From: Vicinamibacteria bacterium
GTDB lineage: Bacteria > Acidobacteriota > Vicinamibacteria > Marinacidobacterales > Marinacidobacteraceae
Length of the DNA: 64,000 nt
Assembly: GCA_965199715.1 (NCBI GenBank)
Contig: CBDATA010000001.1
Coordinates: 32,001 to 96,000 of the forward strand
Direction of reading: 5' to 3'
Part shown: positions 1 to 9,679 of the stretch, piece by piece
Layout of the letters: every line of letters starts with the position of its first letter
Numbering within the stretch: the first letter of the stretch is position 1
Position numbers and translations under genes: made by a program
Notes under the pieces: model-generated
What the model was told of the DNA's origin: nothing
Database searches by the model: none
The model's input: the letters and a program-made list of their open reading frames with translations, nothing else

Positions 1-92
1 GGCGCGAAGGCGCCGCCCTCCTCCGAGAAATCCCACTTCACCGACGCGGTGTCCCGGCGCGGGACGGCTTCGTCGAGGGGATGTCCGCTCAC
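1..92 (-). CDS. MalY/PatB-family PLP-dependent C-S lyase/aminotransferase, N-terminal fragment (runs off window)
   Basis: GTG at 92 overlaps upstream stop (GTGA); manual translation VSGHPLDEAVPRRDTASVKWDF matches the PatB N-terminal 'D..i.RrgT.SvKWD' motif. Confidence 0.6.
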   Translation of the reverse strand, partial: MSGHPLDEAVPRRDTASVKWDFSEEGGAFA

Positions 93-1231
93 GGGTAGTA
101 GAGCCAGATCGGGCCGGGAAAGAGCCACGAGAGGCCGATCCGCAACTGATCGCGCCAGTGCTCCCAGTTGTGGCCGTCCGGCGCCTCCTCGAAGCGCACT
201 TCCATGCCCGCCTCGCGCAGCAGCGGCGCGAGCAGTCGGTTCTCGTGGATCAGCGGGTCGTAGGCGCCGCAGCTCACGAAGACACGCTCGGCCACCCGCC
301 TCGGCTCCGCCTGGAAGCGGTTCACGAACTCGACGACCGGGTCCAGGAGGCGCGTGCGCGTTCCCGGAGCCGCGTCGCTGAAGGTGAACGAACCCGACTG
401 GAGCATCAGCCGCCCGAAGAACTCCGGATGCCGCGCCGCCGTGGTGAGGGCGGCCACCGCGCCGAGTCCGGCGCCGATCAGGCCCCGGTCGGCGGGGCGG
501 TCCGAGATCGGAAACTCGCGGCCGAGCTCGGGGACGAGCCGCTCCCGCAGGAACTCGGCGTGGTCGGGGTTGTTCGCGTACTCGAGGATGCGCTGGTCGG
601 GGTCCACGAAGGCGGCGATCAGCGGGGGAATCTCGTGCCGGTGGATGAGGTTGTCGAGGACGGTCCGGAACTCGGCCTTCTCGAGGTAGCGGCTTCCGTC
701 GTGGACGATCAGCAGCGGATAGCTCCGGGTGTCCTTGAAGCTCGCCGGCAGGTACGCGGCGACCCGCCGCATGGGGCGGCGGCGGGGGCGGACTCCGGTC
801 TCGACGAGCCGCCCGGCGGGCGCGGCCGGGTCGGCTGCGGTCCAGTCGGGGCGCTCGTAGCCCGCCGCGTGGCAGACCGACTGCTCGCCGAACGGATCCT
901 CGGCCGTGTGCGGGTTGAGCGGATCGAGGATCCAGTCGGCCTCGACCCCGAGGACGCGCTGGAACCGGTACTCGACCCGGGAGCGGGGCGGCAGGTCCAT
1001 CACGAGATACCAAAGATCGGTGCCGGGAATGCGCTCCATGTCCCGCGACGCCGGCGCGCCGAAGAGCCAGTGGCCGAGCCGCACGAGGTTCGCCCGACCC
1101 CGGTACACGAACGTCGTGTGCGGCCCCTCGCGCAGCGGGAACTCGCTCTCCTCGAGGAACGCGTCCACGTCCTCCGCCGCCGGAGCCGACGCGGCGAGCT
1201 CGTGGATGCGCAGGTCCGGCGGGCCGGTCAC
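89..1231 (-). CDS. Enterochelin-esterase-like (Fes) alpha/beta hydrolase with N-terminal Ig-like domain; nucleophile motif altered (GAGLG)
   Basis: C-terminal part of ORF 89..1795; GTG at 1231 overlaps stop at 1228; motifs DPLNP, YPLLIVHDG, LQSGSF, GHNWEHWR. Confidence 0.8.
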   Translation of the reverse strand: MTGPPDLRIHELAASAPAAEDVDAFLEESEFPLREGPHTTFVYRGRANLVRLGHWLFGAPASRDMERIPGTDLWYLVMDLPPRSRVEYRFQRVLGVEADWILDPLNPHTAEDPFGEQSVCHAAGYERPDWTAADPAAPAGRLVETGVRPRRRPMRRVAAYLPASFKDTRSYPLLIVHDGSRYLEKAEFRTVLDNLIHRHEIPPLIAAFVDPDQRILEYANNPDHAEFLRERLVPELGREFPISDRPADRGLIGAGLGAVAALTTAARHPEFFGRLMLQSGSFTFSDAAPGTRTRLLDPVVEFVNRFQAEPRRVAERVFVSCGAYDPLIHENRLLAPLLREAGMEVRFEEAPDGHNWEHWRDQLRIGLSWLFPGPIWLYYP

Positions 1232-2169
1232 GAAAGCGCCTCCCGCTCCTGGACGCCGCCGTCCTCGTCCAGCGCCCTGACCCCCGACCGCGCGCTCCAG
1301 CGGCTCCCGTCCCAGTCGATCCGGTCGCCCGGGTCGAGCAGGACCGCGACCTCGGGACGCACCCGTCCGGCGAGATCGGCGAGGTGCTCCCGGTCGCGCA
1401 GCGCGAGGCGCGCCCCGGCGTCCGGGAAGAACGCCACTCCCGGGAAGAGGCCGAGGCCGTCGCCGAGGATCTCCGGCCGCGCCGATCCCCACGGGAGCCG
1501 GTCGTGGAACAGGACGACCCGGCGGGTCAGCGCCATCGCGCCGGCCGACCACGCCACAATCGGCTTCCGCGCGAGCGCCTCGCCCAGATCGAGCAGCAGC
1601 AGGCGGTTGCGGATCATGGCCACGTGGCCCCCGGTGATCACGACCGCGGCCGCCCGATCGAGAATCTCGAGCGCCTGCTCGCGCTCGGTCTCGAGCGCCG
1701 GGCGCCGCCTCGGTCGGACGCGCCGGCGGAACTCGTCCCAGAAGCTGCGCTGCGACTTGAGGTGGAAGTCGTCGGTCTGGAGCAGCGCCGCCCACGCCTC
1801 GCGCTCGTAGGGGACGCGGTATCGATCAGGGGCCGGCGCCCGGCCGACCGCGTGCGAAGCCTCGACCGCCTGCCGCAGCCGCAGTCCGTAGAGCGCCTCC
1901 TCGGCCCGCACCGCCCGCTGCAGTTCGGCGTGGGCTTCGGCGAGCTCCGGGTCCGCCTCGAAGGCGCGGCGGACGCGCTCGCCGAGGCTCAGCGGCTCCA
2001 ACTCCCACCCGGGAAGCTCGCGCAGCCCGGACGCTTCGAGGTCCGACTCGCGCCAGCCCACGCTGAGCATGGCCACCGGCCCCGGACCCGGCTCGAGCGA
2101 TGCGAGCACCGGGCCGAGAACTTCCGGACCCGGCCCGGGGCCGAGCACCGCCGCCCGCTCCGGGATCAG
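1228..2169 (-). CDS. Peptidase S51 / class I glutamine amidotransferase-like protein; start uncertain (CTG 2169 or GTG 2148)
   Basis: Distal part of ORF 1228..2958 with ITGGHV and AWSAGAM motifs; coupled to neighbouring genes. Confidence 0.65.
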   Translation of the reverse strand: MIPERAAVLGPGPGPEVLGPVLASLEPGPGPVAMLSVGWRESDLEASGLRELPGWELEPLSLGERVRRAFEADPELAEAHAELQRAVRAEEALYGLRLRQAVEASHAVGRAPAPDRYRVPYEREAWAALLQTDDFHLKSQRSFWDEFRRRVRPRRRPALETEREQALEILDRAAAVVITGGHVAMIRNRLLLLDLGEALARKPIVAWSAGAMALTRRVVLFHDRLPWGSARPEILGDGLGLFPGVAFFPDAGARLALRDREHLADLAGRVRPEVAVLLDPGDRIDWDGSRWSARSGVRALDEDGGVQEREALS

Positions 2170-3008
2170 GATTCCCCCCAGCGGACCGTGAGCGACGCGA
2201 GCAGGATCAGGTCGAGCCGGCCCCTCCGGGTCGGCACGGCGCCTGCGGCCGGCGCGCCGACCGCGGGAGCGAGCGGCACGAGCACGAGCGAAGGGCGCGA
2301 GTCCCAGAGCGCCTGCAGGCTCGGCTGGAACGCGAGGAACTCGCTGATCGGCACCCCGGCCGAAGCGACCGCGTCGAGGCGCAGATCGTCGCGGTTGCGG
2401 AGGTTCCAGACGCCGCTCGAGACCACCGAGACGTCCAGGCTCCCGATCGTGCGGGCGGAGCGAGCGTCGAAGCGGACCCCGAGGGTCGTTCCCGCGGTTT
2501 CGGGATCGCTGATCTCGTCGCGCTGGCCGACGAGCGCGAGGCCGCCGCCGACGTAGTGCGGGCGGTCGTCGTCGTCCGAAGCCTGGCCGAACGCGGCGCC
2601 GAGGCCGGCGGCCAGTTCGAGCCGGGCGGCGACTCCGGCGGGGGCGTCGCGCTCCCATCCGAGGCTGCCGAACCACGAAGGCCGCGGGGCGTCCGAGCTC
2701 TCGGCGCTCGACACGCGGGCGCGGGCCCAGGTCCGATCCGCCTGCACCTCGCGGGTCACGGTGCGGACGATCTCGAAGTCGTCGGGAACCCCGATCGCCT
2801 CGCGGCGGACCGAGTCCGCGCTCGACCGGAGCGCCCCGGCGTCCACCGAGGCCAGCCAGCCGGAGAAGGAACGGCTGGTCTCCAGCCGCACCCCGAGCGA
2901 GCCCGCCGACGAGTTCCCGGACGAGTTCACGAGGCTGGCGCCCGCCTGCCCGGCCCACTGCGCCTGTGCGAACGCGGGGACCAGAAGGGCCAAAACGAGG
3001 AATTTCAC
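2166..3008 (-). CDS. DUF481/YdiY-like outer-membrane beta-barrel protein
   Basis: Signal peptide, 'GASLVNSSGNSS' N-terminus, amphipathic beta strands, C-terminal LASLTVRW. Confidence 0.65.
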   Translation of the reverse strand: MKFLVLALLVPAFAQAQWAGQAGASLVNSSGNSSAGSLGVRLETSRSFSGWLASVDAGALRSSADSVRREAIGVPDDFEIVRTVTREVQADRTWARARVSSAESSDAPRPSWFGSLGWERDAPAGVAARLELAAGLGAAFGQASDDDDRPHYVGGGLALVGQRDEISDPETAGTTLGVRFDARSARTIGSLDVSVVSSGVWNLRNRDDLRLDAVASAGVPISEFLAFQPSLQALWDSRPSLVLVPLAPAVGAPAAGAVPTRRGRLDLILLASLTVRWGES

Positions 3009-3031
3009 GCGGCGGCGACTAGATTAGTGCC

Positions 3032-5353
3032 GTGCGCCGCCTCGTCGTGCTCGGAGCCGCTCTCGTCGCCCTCGTCGTGGGCGCCGGCGGGATCTTCGTG
3101 CGCGGGCGGCTCGTCGCGAGCCTGCCGATCCTCGACGGCGAGCGCGCGCTGCCGGGTCTCGACGCACCGGTCGAGGTCGAGCGCGACGCTCTCGGCGTCC
3201 CCCGGATCCGCGCCGCCTCGCACCGGGACGCGATGCGGGCGCTCGGCTTCGTCCACGCGCAGGAGCGGTACTTCGCCATGGACCTGCTGCGGCGGCAGCC
3301 GGCCGGCGAACTCGCGGCGCTCTTCGGGGCCGACGCGCTCCCGCTGGACCGGGAGTCCAGGATCCACCGGATGTGGTCCCGCGCCCGGAAGGCGGTCGCC
3401 GCGCTCGCGCCGGAGGACCGCGCGATTCTCGAGGCGTACCGGGACGGCGTCCGCGCCGGTCTCGGAGCGCTGGACGCGCCGCCGCCCGAGTACCTGCTCC
3501 TCGGTCAGGCTCCGGCGCCGTGGGAGCTCGAGGACTCGATCCTCGCGGTGACGGCGATGTACTTCGTGCTGAATGACTTCTCCGGCCTGCGGGACGCCCG
3601 GATCGAGGCGCTCGACCGGAACCTGCCGCCGGAGCTCGTCGCCTTCCTCCATCCGCTCGGGACCGAGTTCGACGCGCCGCTGGCCGGGGCGGCGCTGCCC
3701 ACGCCCGAGATCCCCGGTCCGGAAGCGTTCTCCGCCAACGAGCCGGCGGGGCCGATCGCCGAACCGGCGCCGATCTCGGGGAGCAACAACTGGGCGGTGG
3801 CGCCGCACCGGACGGCCGCGGGCGCCGCGCTCTTCGCGAACGACATGCATCTCGGCCACGCGGTTCCGAACCGCTGGTTCCGCGCGGAGATCCACGTCGG
3901 GGACCGGCGCGCCGTCGGGGTCACCCTGCCCGGCGTGCCGGCGCTCGTGGCTGGGAGCAACGGCTCGGTGGCGTGGGGATTCACGAATTCCAGCGGCGAC
4001 TGGACCGACCTCGTGGACGTCGAGCCGGTCCCCGGCGATCCGGGGCGCTACCGGACCCCCGACGGTCCGCTTCCGTTCGAGACGTTCGAGGAGGCGATCG
4101 AGGTCGCGGGAGGCGCGACCGAGATTCTGGAGGTCCGGGAGACCATCTGGGGGCCGGTGATCCACCGTTCCGGCCGCCCGCAGTCGATCCGCTGGATCGC
4201 GCACGATCCCGAGGGCCTTCGCGGCGGCTACCTGAACCTGCTCTTCGCCGACACCGTGGAAGAAGCGTTCCAGGGCGCCCGGCGCAGCGGCGTCCCGCCG
4301 CAGAACTTCGTCGCCGTGGATCGGGCGGGATCCATCGGATGGACCATCGCCGGGGCGATCCCGCGGCGGCGCGGCCACGACGGTCGCTTGCCTGGGTCAT
4401 GGGCTTCGGGCGAACGGGGATGGGACGGATACCTCGCACCCGACGAGATTCCGGAGCTTCGGGATCCCCCCGACGGGCTTATCTGGACCGCGAACAACCG
4501 CGTGGTCGAAGGTGACGCGCTCAAGCGGATCGGGGTCTCCGGCCACTACGCCCATGGGGGGCGCGCGCGGCAGATCCGGGATCGGCTGCGGGATCTGGAA
4601 GCCGCGTCCGAGGAGTCGATGCTGGACGTCCAGTTGGACGACCGGGCCATCGAGCTCACCGAATGGCGCGAGCTCTTCCTCGAAGCCGGCGGACCCCCGG
4701 AAGCCGTCGCGCTGCTCCGCGACTCGTGGACCGGGCGGGCGTCGGTGGACTCCGTCGGCTATCGGCTCGCGCGGACCGCCCGTCTTGCGCTTTTCGAGCG
4801 GACCTACGGGGAGCTCACCGCCCCCGCGAGCCGCGCGTTCCCCGACTTCGAGCCGAGCGTCTCCACCCAGTGGGCCGGTCCGCTGCTGAAGCTGGCGCGG
4901 GAGCGGCCCGCGCACTGGCGGCCGGCGGGCGCCCGGGACTGGACCGAGGCGCTTTCGGACGCGCTCGCCTCGGCGGCGAAATCGATGGCGGCGGACGGCC
5001 CGCTCCGCGAAGCCACGTGGGGCCGGCGCAACCGGGTGCACGTCCGCCACCCGATGAGCCCGGCCCTGCCCTCGTTCCTCCAGCGCTTCCTCGACGCCCC
5101 GCCGCGGCCGATTCCCGGGGACACGGGCCTCCCCCGGGCCGAAGCCGTCTCCCACGGGGCGTCGGAGCGGCTCGTCGTGTCCCCGGGGCGGGAGGAAAGC
5201 GGGATCTTCCACATGCCCGGCGGCCAGGCGGGGCACCCGCTCGCTCCCTACTACCTCGCCGGGCACGACGACTGGGAGGAGGGCCGCCCGACCCCGCTGC
5301 TGGCCGGCCCGCCGGTCTGGACGCTCCGGCTCAGGCCAGATACGGGATCGTGA
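3032..5353 (+). CDS. Penicillin acylase family (peptidase S45, Ntn hydrolase)
   Basis: RDALGVPRI, GFVHAQER, GSNNWAV autocleavage site, ANDMHL, TANNR, PGGQAG motifs. Confidence 0.92.
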   Translation: MRRLVVLGAALVALVVGAGGIFVRGRLVASLPILDGERALPGLDAPVEVERDALGVPRIRAASHRDAMRALGFVHAQERYFAMDLLRRQPAGELAALFGADALPLDRESRIHRMWSRARKAVAALAPEDRAILEAYRDGVRAGLGALDAPPPEYLLLGQAPAPWELEDSILAVTAMYFVLNDFSGLRDARIEALDRNLPPELVAFLHPLGTEFDAPLAGAALPTPEIPGPEAFSANEPAGPIAEPAPISGSNNWAVAPHRTAAGAALFANDMHLGHAVPNRWFRAEIHVGDRRAVGVTLPGVPALVAGSNGSVAWGFTNSSGDWTDLVDVEPVPGDPGRYRTPDGPLPFETFEEAIEVAGGATEILEVRETIWGPVIHRSGRPQSIRWIAHDPEGLRGGYLNLLFADTVEEAFQGARRSGVPPQNFVAVDRAGSIGWTIAGAIPRRRGHDGRLPGSWASGERGWDGYLAPDEIPELRDPPDGLIWTANNRVVEGDALKRIGVSGHYAHGGRARQIRDRLRDLEAASEESMLDVQLDDRAIELTEWRELFLEAGGPPEAVALLRDSWTGRASVDSVGYRLARTARLALFERTYGELTAPASRAFPDFEPSVSTQWAGPLLKLARERPAHWRPAGARDWTEALSDALASAAKSMAADGPLREATWGRRNRVHVRHPMSPALPSFLQRFLDAPPRPIPGDTGLPRAEAVSHGASERLVVSPGREESGIFHMPGGQAGHPLAPYYLAGHDDWEEGRPTPLLAGPPVWTLRLRPDTGS

Positions 5354-6596
5354 TCGGGCCGTGCGGCAGCACGGCGAGCCGCGCCCGCGGTCCGGCGTCC
5401 CGGAGCGCCTCGCGGGCGGCCTCCTCGAGGTCGGAGACCGGCTCGAGATGGGCGGCGCGCACCGACGCCTCCGGCAGCGACGAGAAGAGCCCGACGCGCG
5501 CCTTCTCGAGAATCCGGCAGTGGACCTGCACCTGCCAGTCGTCCGGGCGGCGCTCGGGCGCGCGGCGCAGCGTCTCCCGCACCTCGCCGATGGAGCCCCC
5601 GGCGCGAAGCGCGCGGGCGTAGGCCCCCTCGTCGGGGAGGCCGGAACGGCACTCGGCGGCGCAGAGGATGAGGCCGCCCGGCTTCACGATGAGCGACGCC
5701 GCGGTCATGCCCTTGATGGCCTGATAGAGGTTCTGGTCGAGCGGCCAGCCCGAGTTCGTCGTGACCACCACGTCGAACGGCTCGTCGAGCGCGCGCATCG
5801 CCTCCGCGCGGGAGCGCTCGCGGGCCGCGCGGTGCTCCTCCATGAGGTCGCCTCCGAACGCCCCGGTGATCCGCTTCTCGCCGTCGAGCAGCACGTCGAG
5901 CGCGAAGTCCACCCGGTTCGCCCGCGCGATGGCGCGGACCGCGTCGTGGACAGGATTGCCCTCGACGATCCCGAAAGTCGCGTCGGGATGGCCGATCCGG
6001 TCGTCGTCGTGAAGGTGGAGGATCGTCTCGAGGCTCGCGAGGCCGGGGGCCACCATCTTGGGCCCGCCGGAGAAACCGGCGAAGAAGTGCGGCTCCACAA
6101 ATCCGGTGGTGATCCGAAAGTCCGCCTCCACGAACCGCCGGTGGAGCTCCACCGGGACGCCCGTCCCGCCGTCGGGCGCCCGGACGAGCGAGGCGCGGTC
6201 CCGGCAGTCGTGGCCCAGCACTTCGGTCGCCGCGAAGATCTCGGAACCGACGAGCTCCCGGCGCTGGGCCGCTCCCGGGTTCCGATGGGTGCCGGTCGCG
6301 ACGAGCACCACGACGCGCTCCGGCGGCGTGGGCAACTCCTCGAGCAGCGCCCGCAGCATGGCCTCCCGGGGCTGGGGGCGGGTTCCGTCGCAGATCGCGA
6401 CCGCGACCGTCGCGCCGGCCCGGATCCGTTCGCGCAGCGGCGGTCCCGCCGGCGGACGGCGCAGGACCCCGGCGAGCGCGTCCGAAACGGACGCGACCGG
6501 CGCGCCGAAGCGCGGGCGCACCACCTCGACCGCGCCGGCCCCCTCCGGAACCCGGAACGGAAGGCCGGTCGCGCCGTAATCGAGTCGAACCCGCAT
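5331..6596 (-). CDS. larA: LarA-family nickel-pincer-dependent racemase/epimerase
   Basis: ATG at 6596 (MRVRLDYG); DGTRPQP, ATGTHR, EPHFFAGFSGGPK, DQNLYQAIKG, PDDWQ motifs. Confidence 0.9.
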   Translation of the reverse strand: MRVRLDYGATGLPFRVPEGAGAVEVVRPRFGAPVASVSDALAGVLRRPPAGPPLRERIRAGATVAVAICDGTRPQPREAMLRALLEELPTPPERVVVLVATGTHRNPGAAQRRELVGSEIFAATEVLGHDCRDRASLVRAPDGGTGVPVELHRRFVEADFRITTGFVEPHFFAGFSGGPKMVAPGLASLETILHLHDDDRIGHPDATFGIVEGNPVHDAVRAIARANRVDFALDVLLDGEKRITGAFGGDLMEEHRAARERSRAEAMRALDEPFDVVVTTNSGWPLDQNLYQAIKGMTAASLIVKPGGLILCAAECRSGLPDEGAYARALRAGGSIGEVRETLRRAPERRPDDWQVQVHCRILEKARVGLFSSLPEASVRAAHLEPVSDLEEAAREALRDAGPRARLAVLPHGPITIPYLA

Positions 6597-6617
6597 GGCG
6601 GCTATTCTCCGGCGCCC

Positions 6618-7433
6618 ATGCGTCTGTATCGCCACCGCGACGGCCGGAACGCGGTTTCGGCGGCGCTGCTGGGAGACCGACTCGTCCCTCTCAGCCGGAT
6701 CGCTCCCGAGTTCCCGGACTCGGCGTCGGCGATCCTCGGGCTCGACCGTCTCGAAGCGGCGACCGCCGACATCCGTCCGGACGGCCCCCGGGTCGAGGAC
6801 GTGGAGCTGCTGACGCCGCTCCCCGATCCGCCGAAGATCTGGTGCGTCGGCCTGAACTATCGGGCGCACGCCCGCGACCTCGACGCTCCGCCGCCGACGG
6901 CCCCGGTGGGGTTCATGCGCCCGAGCCAGAGCCTCGTCGGCCCCGGCGCGGCGGTGCAGCTCCCGAGGGATTCGCGCCGGGTGACGGGCGAGGGCGAGCT
7001 GGCGCTGGTGCTCGGGCGCACGGGGCGGGACTTCGGGCCGGCCGAGGCGCGCTCGGCGGTGATCGCGTGGACGCTCGCGGTGGATATGACGGCGGAGGAC
7101 ATTCTGCGGGAGAACCCACGCTTCCTGACCCGCGCGAAGAGCTATGACACCTTCCTCAGCCTTGGCCCCTGCCTCGTGACCGGAAATGGCCTCCCGCCGC
7201 CCGAGCTTGAAATCTCGACGCTCAAGAACGGCGAGGCGGTCCGGACCGCGCCGGTTTCCGAAATGAGCTTCCCTCCCGACTTCCTGCTGGAGTTCTTCTC
7301 CCGCGACATGACCTGGCGCGCCGGCGACGTGCTGCTGACCGGCACTCCGGGCGCGGTTCCGATCGAGGACGGCGACGTCGTCGGGGCGCGGGCGGCCGGG
7401 GTCGGGACGCTCGAGAACCCGGTGCGCCGCTGA
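6618..7433 (+). CDS. Fumarylacetoacetate hydrolase (FAH) family protein
   Basis: KIWCVGLNYRAH, EGELALVLG, RAKSYDTF, GDVLLTGTP motifs; ATG at 6618. Confidence 0.9.
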   Translation: MRLYRHRDGRNAVSAALLGDRLVPLSRIAPEFPDSASAILGLDRLEAATADIRPDGPRVEDVELLTPLPDPPKIWCVGLNYRAHARDLDAPPPTAPVGFMRPSQSLVGPGAAVQLPRDSRRVTGEGELALVLGRTGRDFGPAEARSAVIAWTLAVDMTAEDILRENPRFLTRAKSYDTFLSLGPCLVTGNGLPPPELEISTLKNGEAVRTAPVSEMSFPPDFLLEFFSRDMTWRAGDVLLTGTPGAVPIEDGDVVGARAAGVGTLENPVRR

Positions 7434-7486
7434 CCGCCCTGGAACTGCGCGCCCCGGTCGGCCCGCCGCTGCGGACGAGGGAGTTC

Positions 7487-8647
7487 GTGGCGCTCGGCGC
7501 GGCCCACACCGCGCTGGTCGCGCTGGCGACCGACGCCGTGCTCCCGGCGCTTCCGGCGGTCGCGGGCGAGCTCGGGGCCCAGCGCGCCAACGACGCCCAG
7601 TTCGTGATCACCGCGTTCTTCGCGGGATTCGCGCTCGCGCAACTCGTCGTCGGTCCGCTCTCCGACCGCATCGGCCGGCGGCGGACGCTCCAGGGCGGCC
7701 TCCTGCTGTTCCTGGTCGGATGTTTCGTGAGCTGGTTCGCCCCAACCTTCGAGATCATGATCTTCGGCCGCGTGCTCCAGGGCGTCGGCGGCGCGGCCGG
7801 ACGGGTGATGGGCCTGACCATCGTGCGCGACCTGTTCGTGGGCCGCGAGATGGCCCGGCTGCTGTCGCTGGTGCTGGCAGTGTTCATCGTGTGTCCCATC
7901 GTGGCGCCGGCGCTCGGTCAGGCGATCGAGACGTCCGGCGGCTGGCGCGCCATCTTCGTCACGTTCGCCGGGTTGACCGCCGCAGTCCTCACCTGGTTCA
8001 CGCTCCGGCAGTCGGAGACGCTGGCGCCCTCGGCGCGCCGGCCGTTCTCGTTCCGCACGATCCTCGGCGGCTTTCGCGAAGTCCTCGGGTACCCGGCCGC
8101 CGTGTCCGCGACGGTCGCCGGAGGCTTCGTCTTCTCCTCGTTCCTGTCGTACCTGAGCACGGCGCCGCAGATCTTCCGGGAGGGCTACGACACCGGCGCC
8201 CTCTTCCCCTTCTGGTTCGGCGTCAACTCGTTCACGCTCGGCTGCGCCGCCATCGCCAACACCAAGCTGGTGATGCGCTTCGGGCGCAGGCGCCTGATCC
8301 GGTTCGCGGGGATGTTCCAGGCCGTGGCGTCGATTCTCGCGCTCGGCCCCACGTTTCTCTACGAAGGGCTGCCGCCGTTTTGGTTCTTCATGGTCTGGAT
8401 GACCTGCATGTTCCTCAGCGCCGGGCTCCTGATGGGCAACCTGAACGCGGTCGCGATGGAGCCGCTCGGACGTCTCGCCGGCCTCGGAGCGGCGTTCGTG
8501 GGAACGGGCAACATGTTCATCGCGCTCCCGCTGGGCGGGCTCGCGGGTCAGTTGTTCAACGGGCGGATGTACTCGGTGATGGGGATCTACGGGTTCTGCG
8601 GCCTGGCCTCGTGGACGGCGATGCGCTGGGGCGCGGCCCGCGCCTAG
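7487..8647 (+). CDS. Bcr/CflA-family MFS efflux transporter (start may lie upstream, about 7430)
   Basis: About 12 hydrophobic segments; GPLSDRIGRR, RVLQGVG, IVRDLFVGREMAR. Confidence 0.88.
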   Translation: MALGAAHTALVALATDAVLPALPAVAGELGAQRANDAQFVITAFFAGFALAQLVVGPLSDRIGRRRTLQGGLLLFLVGCFVSWFAPTFEIMIFGRVLQGVGGAAGRVMGLTIVRDLFVGREMARLLSLVLAVFIVCPIVAPALGQAIETSGGWRAIFVTFAGLTAAVLTWFTLRQSETLAPSARRPFSFRTILGGFREVLGYPAAVSATVAGGFVFSSFLSYLSTAPQIFREGYDTGALFPFWFGVNSFTLGCAAIANTKLVMRFGRRRLIRFAGMFQAVASILALGPTFLYEGLPPFWFFMVWMTCMFLSAGLLMGNLNAVAMEPLGRLAGLGAAFVGTGNMFIALPLGGLAGQLFNGRMYSVMGIYGFCGLASWTAMRWGAARA

Positions 8648-9630
8648 AGCTCCACCACCGTACCGAACCCGAGCTCCTCGGCGCGGGCGAGCGCGGCGGC
8701 GCCCACCGCGACGTCCTGCGCCGCGGTTCCCACGGTCTTGAAGAGCACCGGACCTCCCTCGGGGCGGGGCGCGGTTCCCGCCGCGATCTCGCCGATTTCG
8801 GCGAGGACGTGCGACTGGTCGATGAGCCCGGCGTCGCGGGGGCGGATGAGGTCGCCGGCCTCCTCCCAGCAGGACTCGCGGTGGTCCACCACGACCCGCG
8901 CCCGCGCCACCGTCTCCGGCGGGATGATCTGCATCTCGGGAGTGAACGAGCCCACGGCGTTGACGTGGGCCGTGGAACGCAGCGCGCCGTCCGGGAACAC
9001 CGGCGTCGTCGCCGTCGTGGCCTCGGCGATCACGTCCGCCGCCGCCACGGCGTCGGCCGCGCTGGAAGCGGGCTCCACCGGAATCCCGAGGCGCTCGCCC
9101 ATCTCGGCGGCGAACGCCGCGCTGGCCGTCGGAACCACGTCGAAGACGAACACCCGACGGATCGAGGGGCGGGCGGTCACCATCGCCTCCAACTGGGTGC
9201 GCGCCTGCACGCCGGCGCCCAGCACCGCCGCGGTCGCGACGTCCTCGGGAGCCAGCTCGGCGGTCGCGACTCCCGACGCCGCGCCGGTGCGGATCGCGGT
9301 CAGGGTTCCGCCCTCGAGCGCGCCGAGCGGAACTCCGGTCGCGGCGTCGAGCACGAGCACCAGCGCGTGGATCGTGGGGAGCGACGGCGCCAGCCCGGGA
9401 TTGCCGGGAAAGACCGAGACGATCTTGGTCGCGAGTTGCCCGGGTCCTTCCAGATACGCGGGCATGTGAAGGCTGATCCCGCCGCTCGGCGCGATCGGGA
9501 TCTGGGTGCGCACCGGCATCGCCGCACGCCCGGCGGAAAGCTCGATGAAGGCTTCGCGCACGATGCGGATGGCGTCCGCCATGGGCAGCGCCCGGCGGAC
9601 TTCGGCGGCGGAGAGCAGTCGCAGTCGCAT
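8644..9630 (-). CDS. Ornithine cyclodeaminase/mu-crystallin family protein (candidate imine/Pyr2C reductase)
   Basis: LTAIRTGAASG, LGAGVQA, HVNAVGS, FKTVGTAAQD. Confidence 0.9.
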   Translation of the reverse strand: MRLRLLSAAEVRRALPMADAIRIVREAFIELSAGRAAMPVRTQIPIAPSGGISLHMPAYLEGPGQLATKIVSVFPGNPGLAPSLPTIHALVLVLDAATGVPLGALEGGTLTAIRTGAASGVATAELAPEDVATAAVLGAGVQARTQLEAMVTARPSIRRVFVFDVVPTASAAFAAEMGERLGIPVEPASSAADAVAAADVIAEATTATTPVFPDGALRSTAHVNAVGSFTPEMQIIPPETVARARVVVDHRESCWEEAGDLIRPRDAGLIDQSHVLAEIGEIAAGTAPRPEGGPVLFKTVGTAAQDVAVGAAALARAEELGFGTVVEL

Positions 9631-9679
9631 GGCCGGGTTCTATCAGAAGCGCGTCCGCGCCCGTGCGATAATTCGAGCG

